NCBI GenBank assembly: GCA_949373075.1
Contig: CASIBX010000002.1
Location: 1,019-65,018 of the forward strand
Direction: 5' to 3'
DNA: 64,000 bases
Source: Candidatus Poseidoniaceae archaeon
Lineage (GTDB): Archaea > Thermoplasmatota > Poseidoniia > Poseidoniales > Poseidoniaceae
Part shown: in pieces, positions 36,006 through 45,614 of the stretch
Layout: every line of letters begins with the position of its first letter
Numbering within the stretch: position 1 is the first letter of the stretch
Made by a program: the position numbers and the translations under genes
The notes under the pieces: generated by a model
Seen by the model: the letters and a program-made list of their open reading frames with translations, nothing else
Database searches by the model: none
What the model was told of the DNA's origin: nothing

Positions 36006-37115
36006 ATGAGATTAAAAATAGTAGTGGTATTGATTTTGTTAGTACTTTCAACTACAATATCTACTGCTAACCCGGGCGGTAAAGGAGACGATGTACGCTC
36101 AAGGGATTGTGCGGGTTCATGCCATGCATCTTCTTCATCAAATGGGATATCTACTGCGATTCTTGACATTCATTTCCCCGATGAGGTATATGCGGGGCTG
36201 TTGATTGAAGTTCAAACCTCAGTTGGAGAGGTCGAGGTAAGCTCGACCAATATGGTTGGACTGGCGTTGTTGATTAATTCTGATGGCGCTAAAGATCTCC
36301 CTGCCAATGAAGGCTGGGAGATTATTACAGACCCTAATGGTGGGACGAATAATTATGTCGAAATTTCAGATTCATTCTCTTCTCAGAACACAGTGAATCG
36401 TAGTTGGACATTGCGGGCTCCATCTGAACCAGGGATATACGAGTTGTATCTTGCAGTTCAACACGGTACGCCTGAGGGAGGAGTTGCTATGAGTGGTATC
36501 TCTGAGATAAATACAGTATTTGTTGAGGAAGTACCAGAAAACCTTCCACGATTAGCCGATGACTGGAAACCCACCAACGTTAGAGGAATTGGCGAGGAGA
36601 CTACAATTACAATTGAAACAATCAATGCAGAGTCCATTACTGTTGAATTGATGAATGGTGCTGAAATAGTTACTATTCCCGTGGAAGATAATCAATTTAT
36701 AATTCCTGCATCAGTTAATCCAGGAATAGTCCAATGGCGGGTTATTCTGGAAGGTGAGGGGCCAACTCAAACCTCCCCGTGGTTCCGATTGACCGCTCAA
36801 GAACCGGGTTGGGAAATCGATGAAACAGCACTGTATCTACAGGGCATAGCGATGTTCTTGCTATTCGCAGGTCTTGTTTTAATGCGCAGACCAGCAGGTG
36901 AAGACATAGTCAAAAATTATGATAATACCGCCGATATCTCAGTTGAGATAACCCCCGCCCAAAGCGTAGAAGTTGTTTCAAACTCAACCGAAACAGAGGA
37001 CGCAATTTCTTCTCCTCCGCTACCAGAAGATGGCTTACCTGCGGGATGGACCATGGAGCAGTGGGAATATTATGGTCAAGAGCATTTAGAGAAAATATCA
37101 CGAGGTGAAATTTGA
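36006..37115 (+). CDS. surface protein with Reeler-like domain carrying CxxxCH, TM and Trp-rich cytoplasmic motif
   Basis: Signal peptide; DCAGSCH; WTLRAPSEPGIY; TM; PPLPEDGLPAGWTMEQWEYYG; starts immediately after the upstream stop. Confidence 0.75.
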   Translation: MRLKIVVVLILLVLSTTISTANPGGKGDDVRSRDCAGSCHASSSSNGISTAILDIHFPDEVYAGLLIEVQTSVGEVEVSSTNMVGLALLINSDGAKDLPANEGWEIITDPNGGTNNYVEISDSFSSQNTVNRSWTLRAPSEPGIYELYLAVQHGTPEGGVAMSGISEINTVFVEEVPENLPRLADDWKPTNVRGIGEETTITIETINAESITVELMNGAEIVTIPVEDNQFIIPASVNPGIVQWRVILEGEGPTQTSPWFRLTAQEPGWEIDETALYLQGIAMFLLFAGLVLMRRPAGEDIVKNYDNTADISVEITPAQSVEVVSNSTETEDAISSPPLPEDGLPAGWTMEQWEYYGQEHLEKISRGEI

Positions 37116-37624
37116 TGATATCTTCAGGTACCTTACACGTCATTTCTACTGAATTAACAGTCGGGATGTTTGCCTTGTCCGGAGTTGCTTTCCTTCTTTG
37201 TCTCCTTCAAAAAGGCCCTATTTCACGTGAAGCAGTGGCTCATTGGGCTCTTTTAGGAGGACTTTTGGCTACCCCACTTGCCATTTTCACAGGTATCAAC
37301 GCATCTCCCGGAGATGGATTAGATAACCCGCTCTTAGCAAACAAAATGCTTCTTTCAATGACTTCTGCAGGATTAGCAATCGGTGTTTTGGTAAGGAGAA
37401 AGCGAGGGGGAGATGTCGACTCTAGACACGCAGGTATTGGTATGGTGTCAGTTGCATTGATGTTGACGACTGCAGGAATGGGTGGCGAATACTCACGTAG
37501 TGAAACTCTGCTATTCTTCGTACCGAAAGATACAGTATTCCTATTCCCAATATGGGCTAGTGTGATTTTGATTATTCTAGGACTAGCAATTCTAGGTAAA
37601 TCAGCCATAGAGCATAGAAGTTGA
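37112..37624 (+). CDS. 5-TM membrane protein, DUF2231-like
   Basis: LHVISTELTVG resembles the DUF2231 'HP..VHFPI' start; A.FTG; GMGGE; overlaps the upstream stop. Confidence 0.6.
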   Translation: MMISSGTLHVISTELTVGMFALSGVAFLLCLLQKGPISREAVAHWALLGGLLATPLAIFTGINASPGDGLDNPLLANKMLLSMTSAGLAIGVLVRRKRGGDVDSRHAGIGMVSVALMLTTAGMGGEYSRSETLLFFVPKDTVFLFPIWASVILIILGLAILGKSAIEHRS

Positions 37625-38398
37625 AGACGGACTAGGCTCAGATTCAGCTCCGTCCATCATTCCGCGAATTTGCTCTTCCAATTGTTGCGCTTCCTTTAGC
37701 AGAGGCCCATGGTCCAAATCAGCAACTGGTAACATCTTGTTCAAGTGCTGAATGATTACTGCTGCTGCTCTAGCATCAGGGAATCTAGGATCGGCTTCAA
37801 CCATGATGCTCATGATATTGCGCCCTCTGCTAGCTCCTTCGCTAAGCATGACTCCAGTCATTCCTTTGATTACTCCCTGTTCAAGGAGGGGTATTTCCAT
37901 CGATTCTAACAATTCAGCCATCATAGGGGTTGCTGAAACTCCAAGGACATCAACTTCCTCAGTATCCTCGTATTCGACATGGGGCTCATTTCCATTGAGT
38001 CCACCTTTCATTCCCTTACGTGCAAACGCATCAATTAGAACCCCCATAGCGGCCTTTTCGTTCTTAGACCATGTGAATAATTCATTTACAATTTCATGAA
38101 CAAGGGGGTCAGGAACAATCAATTCACTCATCAATAGCACAACTTTGTCACACCCCTCTATTTTGCAAATAGGTTGACCCGCATATGCGCGAATAGGAGG
38201 GAGAGGGACTCCTTCCTGGACTAGGCTAATAGCTGGTAATTTTGGATGAGTAACTCTTCCAACCAATTCAAGTTCTAAGTGGTCAATCAAAAAATGTGCG
38301 ACTACACTAGACACCATTCCCACGCTTGGGAAACAACAGACTACAAGCGAATCTTCGATATCGACTTCTTTATCGAGCCAGACTTTTGCTCCTTCCAT
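37601..38398 (-). CDS. proteasome assembly chaperone (PAC2) family protein
   Basis: FPSVGMVSSVVAHFLI, PPIRAY, G.I.G.TG.ML, FPDARAAA, LLKEAQQLE. Confidence 0.88.
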   Translation of the reverse strand: MEGAKVWLDKEVDIEDSLVVCCFPSVGMVSSVVAHFLIDHLELELVGRVTHPKLPAISLVQEGVPLPPIRAYAGQPICKIEGCDKVVLLMSELIVPDPLVHEIVNELFTWSKNEKAAMGVLIDAFARKGMKGGLNGNEPHVEYEDTEEVDVLGVSATPMMAELLESMEIPLLEQGVIKGMTGVMLSEGASRGRNIMSIMVEADPRFPDARAAAVIIQHLNKMLPVADLDHGPLLKEAQQLEEQIRGMMDGAESEPSPSSTSMLYG

Positions 38399-38491
38399 GT
38401 GTTAAGGACAGCCATCACCCTGTATAATCTACTCCCTCTTTAGTTCAATGCAATCCCAATCGATTTGAAGGGGGAGTCTCCAAGAGAGTAT

Positions 38492-39637
38492 ATGGCCGAG
38501 GTGAGGAAGCATACCCTTTCTCCTTCAGCATGGAACCGTTTCGAGACTTGTCCTCGAATGTATTGGCTTAGCCGTCAAAGATTACCCCGTAAAGCAGGAA
38601 TGGCAGCAAGCGTAGGAACTGCAGTACATGCGTCAGTAGAAGATTTGTTACAAATCGACTTATCGGGCCGCAAACCAGACGAAACTCATTGGTTACCAGA
38701 AATTGCAGAATCATTTCTCAAAGAGCGATGGGAAGAAGAAAAGAAAGTTTTCCTTTCCACACCTCGCAGGCCAATGTGGAAAGAAAAAGAATGGACTAAA
38801 GCTAAGAAAATGCAAAGAGGAGCAATCAAGATGCTTCTAGAATTCGTAGGCGCACCGGGGGTAACTCCTTTGAAAACCACAGTTTCGCTTTGGAAGAGCC
38901 TTCTCTCCAGAGTTATAGCCGTAGAAGGAGAACTTCGAACCAGTGACGACCGTTTAATGGGACGATTAGACATGCTATTTGCAGATGTCAGCGATGATGG
39001 CAGCCTCAATGGGTGGATAGTCGCAGATCTGAAAACAGGTAGGGCGCCAGAAAATGAATTGAAGGCAGAGGTGCAGCGCCAATTACTCCTCTACAGAGAC
39101 ATTCTTCTTTCCAATAATCCTAATGCCCCACCAGTTAAAACTGAGGGTTGGTATACTGCCAATGCAACCCGATATACTGCAGACGGAGAATCTGTTTTGG
39201 AGGACGCTTTGGCTGCTTGGGAAGCTACTAAACCTAGTGAGAAACCACTAGAAGCAACCCCTGGGCAATCGTCTTGCGGTGGTTTTTGTGATTGGAAAGC
39301 ATGGTGTCCTCATTGGTGGAACTGGCGTCTTGAAAATGGAACTTTAGGTAGTGATGACTTTTCTGATGCAGTAATTTTACTACATCATTTTGATGAAACC
39401 AATGGTACTGGTATTGCGGAGATATGTGAGCCAGCAAATGCTGAAGGCAGAGCAATGCCAACGGGTTTACAAATCCCAATCAGTTTTGATGGCCGCGGTA
39501 AAGAGGCATTACAGGAGCTACTTTCAACGGGCCACCAAGGGCCTATTTTTGTTGGAAGTGCTATGACGAATAGAGGTACATGGAGAGTTGGACATTGGTG
39601 CGATGTTCTCGCTTGGTCACCAATCCCTGACGCTTGA
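38492..39637 (+). CDS. PD-(D/E)XK nuclease, Cas4/AddB-like, with predicted Fe-S staple
   Basis: LSPS.....CPR, GTAVH, GRLD, ADLKTG, QLLLY, CGGFCDWKAWCP. Confidence 0.88.
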   Translation: MAEVRKHTLSPSAWNRFETCPRMYWLSRQRLPRKAGMAASVGTAVHASVEDLLQIDLSGRKPDETHWLPEIAESFLKERWEEEKKVFLSTPRRPMWKEKEWTKAKKMQRGAIKMLLEFVGAPGVTPLKTTVSLWKSLLSRVIAVEGELRTSDDRLMGRLDMLFADVSDDGSLNGWIVADLKTGRAPENELKAEVQRQLLLYRDILLSNNPNAPPVKTEGWYTANATRYTADGESVLEDALAAWEATKPSEKPLEATPGQSSCGGFCDWKAWCPHWWNWRLENGTLGSDDFSDAVILLHHFDETNGTGIAEICEPANAEGRAMPTGLQIPISFDGRGKEALQELLSTGHQGPIFVGSAMTNRGTWRVGHWCDVLAWSPIPDA

Positions 39638-40444
39638 AATAAACTCCTTCAGTTTCTCTCTGGCTTGTTGGTCTTCGATTCCATTATTGGATAATAACCA
39701 ATCTAGGTAACGAGGGTCTTCTTTCGCAATTGTTACCAAGTCTTTCCCTTTATGCCGTCCAAATGCTACGATGTATACGCCATCATTAATTCGTATTCTT
39801 CCTTGTTGGTCAAATGATTCTAAGTCGCCAAGTGCACGTCCCAATTCACTTTCCTCTTTGTTCACTTCACCGTGAATAAGCCATTCTTCTATTTCACTCA
39901 ATGAGCGCCTGAAACTGGAAGGGTGGTCTCTCATAACTTTCCACAATAATAGCAGACTAGCAGCCGCATCTGCAGCCGCATCATGGGCATTTGATAGATC
40001 GATTCCATGTAGCGCACACTGCGCTCCTAAATTGTGGGGCCTAGCAATCTTCAATCTTCTAACCGCTTCTAGAGTATCCAATACTACGAGTGGTTTGGGG
40101 GGAACCATTCCGCATCTGTAATATTCATTTTCCAACAATGGCATATCGAATTTCCTCGCATTATGTCCAACTATTACAGCGCCGTCCATAAGTTCGAATA
40201 ATTCTGCAGCATAGTGCTTGAATACAGGCTCGCTTCTAACTTTGGAATCAAAAATGCCGTGAACCCTAGATGCACCCATTGGAATCGGGCGTTGCGGATT
40301 TACCAACACATCATAGTGAACAGTACTCCCATCGGCTTTTGCACCAACAAGTGCGACCTGCACAATTCGGTCATTATTTGTTGAAACTCCAGTGGTTTCA
40401 AGGTCGAATGCTAGAACACGTTGCCCCTCTAGAACATCGACCAT
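39617..40444 (-). CDS. DEDDh 3'-5' exonuclease (DnaQ-like) with C-terminal FGKHKG-type domain
   Basis: FDLETTG, GHNARKFD, AHDAAADA, FGRHKGKDL...DPRYLDWLL. Confidence 0.92.
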   Translation of the reverse strand: MVDVLEGQRVLAFDLETTGVSTNNDRIVQVALVGAKADGSTVHYDVLVNPQRPIPMGASRVHGIFDSKVRSEPVFKHYAAELFELMDGAVIVGHNARKFDMPLLENEYYRCGMVPPKPLVVLDTLEAVRRLKIARPHNLGAQCALHGIDLSNAHDAAADAAASLLLLWKVMRDHPSSFRRSLSEIEEWLIHGEVNKEESELGRALGDLESFDQQGRIRINDGVYIVAFGRHKGKDLVTIAKEDPRYLDWLLSNNGIEDQQAREKLKEFISSVRDW

Positions 40445-40520
40445 ATCACATAGGCCGTAGGTCGACCCAAATGAACATCACTACACAATGGCTATTGTGA
40501 TGGTGTCGTAAGAGTCTGCT

Positions 40521-40847
40521 ATGGGAATCAAAGATTGGTTCAAGAAAAAGCCGGAGTCGGTCGAACAGATAGTTGAGCCTGAAATCGAATTGCCGGAACT
40601 TGATAGAGATGCTCTTTTCGAAGAAACTCGCAATCTTCTTGAAGCCGATGATGTTAAATTGGCTCCTGAAGAAATAGTAGAAACTACACCTGAATACGAC
40701 TCAGGAGATGTTGAAATCAGCGCACTTCTAGACGATGATATGGAATCAAATTACGATTTGAATACAGTTGAAGATTTCGAAGTTGAAGACATGTTATCTG
40801 GAGCAGAAATAGTTGGGGATTTACCAGAAGAAGTTGATTTTGAATAG
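40521..40847 (+). CDS. small very acidic hypothetical protein
   Basis: MGIKDWFKKK amphipathic start, then D/E-rich sequence. Confidence 0.7.
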   Translation: MGIKDWFKKKPESVEQIVEPEIELPELDRDALFEETRNLLEADDVKLAPEEIVETTPEYDSGDVEISALLDDDMESNYDLNTVEDFEVEDMLSGAEIVGDLPEEVDFE

Positions 40848-40904
40848 AAGCCAGCTCACTCATACGAGGGACATGGTTAGATATGAAATATGTAAGCGGC
40901 GTAT

Positions 40905-42068
40905 ATGAACACGAAGAAAGGCCTGTTATTAGCGGCTCTTCTTTTGGTTCAATTAACAGCTGGCTGCACCGGAGTTTTAGACAGCACAGTGAATCCCCGT
41001 GCTGTTTTGACAGCTACTCCTATGGAGATCCAACAAGGGGAAGGAGTCACATTTGATGCAAGAGGTTCAGATGCCATAGAAGGTGTCATCACAGAATTCC
41101 AGTGGGACTTTGGCGATGGTTCACAAGCCACCACAATTGCAGGTTTCACTTCGCATCAATTCCTAGAATCAGGCCAATTCAATGTGCGTCTAACAGTTAC
41201 CAATGACCAAGGCGGTACCGACTCTTCCAGCGTGATGGTTCGAGTTAACGGCGCCCCCGTCCTAAATTTGTCAATACCCAGCGATGTTCGTAGTGGAGAC
41301 ATAGTGCTGCTAGATGCTTCTGAAACCGAAGACCCGGAAGGCGGGGTATTGTCTTTCAAATGGGATTTAGATTTCATGTCGGATAGTGATGGAGATGGAG
41401 ACCCTCGTAACGATATAGATTCCACCGAAAACCGAGTATATCTGCCAACAGAATCAAGCGGAACAATACTGGGTTCGTTGTCAGTGGATGATAATCAGGG
41501 TGGAATTGTAAATCAGCAATTCACCATAGAAGTCCAACCTCGCCGCTACAAGGTGGCTTGGGTTGAAAACACCCTTGAGTGGAATTATGATGAATATCTG
41601 GCCCAAGGGGAAACTTGGAGCGATAATATGACTCCAGGATTTGGTGTTAGAATAATAGCATACGAGGCTTTGTTAGAACTGGACCAAGACATTTTACTCC
41701 CCCCTGATAATTTCACATTATCACTAAATGTAGTAGATGATGGCCACCGTAGATCAGCACAAACTAGCCCTGGTAATCTAACGCAGAATGAATCTACAAA
41801 AGCTGAGATAAACGCTAGTGAATTGAATCCAGTAGGCCCCGAAGGGATTTTTGATGCTGATAGTGAAGAGCAATTACTGGAGGGATTACTCAATGAGCCG
41901 GGCGCTCGTTTCGGTCAAGGCGAATGGATTTGGACGATATATGCGCAGAACTCAGACCCAGATTCGATTTTGCCAGGCCAGCCTGACCCTGACGGTGGGA
42001 ACGATTGGACTCTAACGATAATAATTACAGTTCTAACTCCGGTACTTACCGAAGTGGCTTACGATTGA
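40905..42068 (+). CDS. PKD-domain lipoprotein
   Basis: Lipobox-like LTAGC; FQWDFGDG; VRLTVTNDQG; second PKD with DSDGDGD insert. Confidence 0.85.
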   Translation: MNTKKGLLLAALLLVQLTAGCTGVLDSTVNPRAVLTATPMEIQQGEGVTFDARGSDAIEGVITEFQWDFGDGSQATTIAGFTSHQFLESGQFNVRLTVTNDQGGTDSSSVMVRVNGAPVLNLSIPSDVRSGDIVLLDASETEDPEGGVLSFKWDLDFMSDSDGDGDPRNDIDSTENRVYLPTESSGTILGSLSVDDNQGGIVNQQFTIEVQPRRYKVAWVENTLEWNYDEYLAQGETWSDNMTPGFGVRIIAYEALLELDQDILLPPDNFTLSLNVVDDGHRRSAQTSPGNLTQNESTKAEINASELNPVGPEGIFDADSEEQLLEGLLNEPGARFGQGEWIWTIYAQNSDPDSILPGQPDPDGGNDWTLTIIITVLTPVLTEVAYD

Positions 42069-42069
42069 T

Positions 42070-42432
42070 TCAGTTAAACTGAATTGGCTGAACAGTCTTC
42101 CAATTTGAATTAGCAAGTTTCTTTGCTTTACCGTCTGCAATAATCGGATGAATGTGACTTAGGCGCCCATGCATACCATGGACTCCAAACTTTACGCGAA
42201 GTTCCACTTGGCGGTCACGCTCAGCGGCTTCCAATTGCTCATCATCTAGTTCTACACTCGCCATCTCTTTACCAGTAGTGGCCGAGGAAATCGAAAACGT
42301 GTTACCATTTACTTGCGTTCGTGGCCTGAAGTCCATATCATCAGGGTTATTCATCCAAGCCTCTATGTCAATAGAGAGATAATCTCGAATGTTTACTCGC
42401 TTGATTGCGATAGAATCTACCATGATGACCAA
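42070..42432 (-). CDS. hypothetical protein
   Basis: ORF fills the gap between flanking genes; start may be 42423. Confidence 0.65.
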   Translation of the reverse strand: MVIMVDSIAIKRVNIRDYLSIDIEAWMNNPDDMDFRPRTQVNGNTFSISSATTGKEMASVELDDEQLEAAERDRQVELRVKFGVHGMHGRLSHIHPIIADGKAKKLANSNWKTVQPIQFN

Positions 42433-42530
42433 TCACTCCGAGAGGCCTGTTATTCAAAATCTCTCGCATTGATGGGGCCGGTGGGGTTACGCCCTAGTGT
42501 TTCATATGGGTTGATGTTGATTTACAAATT

Positions 42531-42812
42531 ATGTCACCACCAACAATCGGTATAGGCACTCAGAAAAAAGCAAGATTACAAAGATTGAAAGATGAAGTTA
42601 AGCGATTTGTATTTGCAAACCCTGGTTGTAGTGCACAAACCATTGTGGCCCATTTGTCTCATGATAAGAAACTACGAAACCATGGCTTAACCCCAAGGAA
42701 AATTGGCTTCTTTATCCCTCGACATTTGAAATCACACTTGGTATGGTGGCAGGACCATATTGCAGGAAGAAGAGTTTACGGCCCGGATGAATACGATGAA
42801 TCGACAGCCTGA
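42531..42812 (+). CDS. small basic winged-helix-like protein
   Basis: VKRFVFANPGCSAQTIVAHL...LTPRKIGFFI...RRVY pattern; K/R-rich. Confidence 0.65.
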   Translation: MSPPTIGIGTQKKARLQRLKDEVKRFVFANPGCSAQTIVAHLSHDKKLRNHGLTPRKIGFFIPRHLKSHLVWWQDHIAGRRVYGPDEYDESTA

Positions 42813-42838
42813 AAGGGCCCCTCCGCTACCATCTTACC

Positions 42839-43501
42839 ATGGGTGGAGTTACAGCATACTTCGATCTTGACGGCACCCTGCTCGATGCATCAAGCGAAAA
42901 AAGCCTGACTGCACTACTTTCTCGCCGCCGCCCGTGGAGAATCCCTCTTGGTGCGACTATGTGGGCATTGGGCTTCATTGGCAATCTCCTCAGGGCCCGT
43001 TCAGTTTACGATTCAGCCCGTAATCGCGGCCATTTGGCACTTTGTAATTGGGAGACACTCCGAGGGCTATCGAAGGAATTAGTTGAAACCAAATTATCCA
43101 AACGAGTATCTCAAGAAGCAAGGGACAGATTGGATTGGCATCGAGGGCAAGGTCACCGCCTAGTACTCGTAACCGCCACTGTAATGCCGATGGCACAAGC
43201 TATGTCTGACGAACTTGGAATGGATGCAGTGTACGGTTGTGGTCCAGAAAATATGACCGGGACAATGAGCGGTTCTGAAAAAGGATGGAACGTCCCTCGC
43301 CGTAAAGGAAAGGTCCCTGTGGTTCAAGAAGACGCAGAATCATTAGGGCATGATTTGGCAGATTGTTGGGGCTATGGTAACACTCATGCGGACTCATTCT
43401 TCATGTCAATTACCGGAAACCCTGTCGCAGTCAACGCTGAAGGCGGATTGAAATCTCTTGCAAAAGAGAAAGAGTGGCCTCAATTTGAATGGCGTGTATA
43501 G
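42839..43501 (+). CDS. HAD-IB family hydrolase (SerB-like)
   Basis: YFDLDGTL, LVLVTA, GK, YGNTHAD...GNPVAVN. Confidence 0.9.
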   Translation: MGGVTAYFDLDGTLLDASSEKSLTALLSRRRPWRIPLGATMWALGFIGNLLRARSVYDSARNRGHLALCNWETLRGLSKELVETKLSKRVSQEARDRLDWHRGQGHRLVLVTATVMPMAQAMSDELGMDAVYGCGPENMTGTMSGSEKGWNVPRRKGKVPVVQEDAESLGHDLADCWGYGNTHADSFFMSITGNPVAVNAEGGLKSLAKEKEWPQFEWRV

Positions 43502-43549
43502 TCCGCCCGTCGCGCTTAAATGGAGAAGGCAGGTCGCCGAGTCTGCACT

Positions 43550-43623
43550 GGCCCCATAGTGTAGCCTGGATATCACAGTGGCTTGCGGAGCCACGAACCC
43601 GTGTTCGAATCGCGGTGGGGCCG
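43550..43623 (+). tRNA. tRNA-Arg(GCG), CCA not encoded
   Basis: Acceptor GGCCCCA/TGGGGCC, anticodon arm GTGGC-TTGCGGA-GCCAC, T arm CCGTG-TTCGAAT-CGCGG. Confidence 0.95.
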
Positions 43624-43626
43624 CTC

Positions 43627-44250
43627 TTACTCCTCTTCAGTGACAAGAGTCACCTTCTGGTCTAAAGCGGCTCTAGCAGATGAGTTGAACAAAGGCAGTA
43701 TGGCAAGGCTTCCACAAATTACCATACAAAATCCACAAAGATATCCCAATATTTTGTTTGCTAAAATTAGACTTGGCGGCAGCATTTCCTTTGAGAGTGA
43801 ATTGATTTCAAGATTGGCATAACCGCCGCCTAATGCAGCGATAATGCTTCCAGCAATCACGAGTTTAGGGCCCATGGACTTCAATCTGAACAACATCACC
43901 CCTCCAACTAAGATGAGTATTGCTCCCATCATTACAGAACCTCCTCGAATTGTATATGCTCCGCTATCTCTAACCTCGTCGTGATAATCTTGATATTCCT
44001 CATCAGTAATATTTTCACCATTACTGGTTCTGACATTGGTTAGTAATCTATCTAATTCTTCTTGCGGTAGGTCATCTGCTTGGGATGATTGGAAATCCCC
44101 TACCGCTGTGAAACCCATAAGCAGAGAGCCGATAACCAGTAACACTGCTATTGTTTTTGGACCTTTTTTGTCAGGTCTTGGAGCAAATAGTGAGGCCGGT
44201 GGTGCTACACCATCATCGTCACTCATTCGAATCGAGAAATCCTTACTCAT
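43627..44250 (-). CDS. hypothetical membrane protein (4 TM)
   Basis: Four hydrophobic helices; last has CGFCMVIC. Confidence 0.75.
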   Translation of the reverse strand: MSKDFSIRMSDDDGVAPPASLFAPRPDKKGPKTIAVLLVIGSLLMGFTAVGDFQSSQADDLPQEELDRLLTNVRTSNGENITDEEYQDYHDEVRDSGAYTIRGGSVMMGAILILVGGVMLFRLKSMGPKLVIAGSIIAALGGGYANLEINSLSKEMLPPSLILANKILGYLCGFCMVICGSLAILPLFNSSARAALDQKVTLVTEEE

Positions 44251-44689
44251 CGGTACATTCCTCCAATCCCTTTCGCAAAGTTTCAGGTATTACTAGAGAT
44301 GACATATCAGTCATACTTACGCAGACAGTAACCTGTTCACTTGACCAAAGAAGTTCTCCCTTTTGATTGCTAAACCTGTATTGCCAAGTACACGATTTAC
44401 TACCAATCTTGGAGATCCAGATTTTAGCGGTTACAGTGTCTCCATATCTAAACGGGGCATGAAACTCTGATTTGATGTCAACAACAGGAAAACCGACCTT
44501 CATTTCACCTATTATGTGGGGGTAATCTACCCCGCACATGTTCATCCACGAATCTTCAAAGAAACGATGTGCAAGGTCGTAGATGCGTGGGTAGAAACCA
44601 ATCCCTGCCATATCGAGCATTGGAAAGTCGACTCGGCGACTTAATTGCACAGCCATGCCAATGCGTGTGGGGCTCGCTTTTTCAAGCAT
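44243..44689 (-). CDS. acyl-CoA thioesterase (4HBT/YbgC hotdog fold)
   Basis: RVDFPMLDMAGIGFYPRI, FPVVDIKSEFHAPFRYGD, IGSKS. Confidence 0.9.
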   Translation of the reverse strand: MLEKASPTRIGMAVQLSRRVDFPMLDMAGIGFYPRIYDLAHRFFEDSWMNMCGVDYPHIIGEMKVGFPVVDIKSEFHAPFRYGDTVTAKIWISKIGSKSCTWQYRFSNQKGELLWSSEQVTVCVSMTDMSSLVIPETLRKGLEECTDE

Positions 44690-45104
44690 CCTCGGGCTTT
44701 GGCCATTTTTTGGCTAACACTTTAGCCAAGTCATCATCTAATTTTGCATTCCACCAATCGCTGCCTTGCCATATGGCATATTTTCCTCTAATGCCTCTGA
44801 TATCTGCTCCTTCAAATGAACAATTCTTGAAGTTTGAGATATTTAATCTAGCCTTTCTGAGATCAGCTCCTCTAAAATCACAATCATCAAATGCGGATTT
44901 CATTAAATCAGCTTCCACCATAGATGCACGTCTGAAATCCGAGCCGACAAAGTTTCCCTCTGTCATATCGACCTTGTCTAGTATGGATCTTCTAAAGTTA
45001 GAGCGGGGGTGGTTTCCTTGTCTCAGCAACTCATTTGCATGATTTTGGAAAGACCAATCCAAAGGAACTTCTTCCTTGTCGGTACCGCTCCCCGACATAA
45101 CCAT
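44682..45104 (-). CDS. pentapeptide repeat protein
   Basis: SNFRR/SDFRR/ADLMK/CDFRG/ADLRK/SNFKN/ADIRG repeats. Confidence 0.92.
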   Translation of the reverse strand: MVMSGSGTDKEEVPLDWSFQNHANELLRQGNHPRSNFRRSILDKVDMTEGNFVGSDFRRASMVEADLMKSAFDDCDFRGADLRKARLNISNFKNCSFEGADIRGIRGKYAIWQGSDWWNAKLDDDLAKVLAKKWPKPEDA

Positions 45105-45113
45105 GATATCACC

Positions 45114-45614
45114 TTAGAAGCGACTTCTTTTGTCGAGGTGGGCTCTGCCTTCTGGGGTCAGAATTGCATAACGATTCTTCTCTTTTGCCGAAGGTGGAGT
45201 TACTAAGAATCCACGCTCCTTTAGGCGGTTTAGATAGAGGGATAGGTTACCTGGTGGTTCTAGTCCAGCATCTTCAAACAATTGGTCTATGACTCTCGGA
45301 GGGCTATCATTTACGCCTTCTACGTCTCGCAAATATTGAATCGCTCCTAGCACTTGATCAGGTTTACGGATTAGACTGCAATTTTCGATTAGTGCCTTGA
45401 ATGCAGAGCCACGCTCAGGCAGCCCAGCGTCACGAGCAGCATCAACAGCAGCTTCTATCGCTCTCTCACGTGCATTTCTGATCCTGGATAGTGCTATCGA
45501 CCATGTATCGTCTTCTCTCACTTTAGTTAAGCGTTCATCCACACTGGTCTGAGCGCCAGAGAGGTCAATTTCAACATCGCCGGCTCGTATCAGAATTCTT
45601 GCTTCGTCATTCAT
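45114..45614 (-). CDS. hypothetical protein with C-terminal winged helix
   Basis: LFEDAGLEPPGNLSLYLNRLKERGFL....YAILTPEG; start moved to ATG 45614. Confidence 0.7.
   Translation of the reverse strand: MNDEARILIRAGDVEIDLSGAQTSVDERLTKVREDDTWSIALSRIRNARERAIEAAVDAARDAGLPERGSAFKALIENCSLIRKPDQVLGAIQYLRDVEGVNDSPPRVIDQLFEDAGLEPPGNLSLYLNRLKERGFLVTPPSAKEKNRYAILTPEGRAHLDKRSRF

Noticed and set aside
38492-39637. Cas4-like gene as part of a CRISPR-Cas system
   Set aside because: No cas1/cas2 or repeat-spacer array seen in the window.
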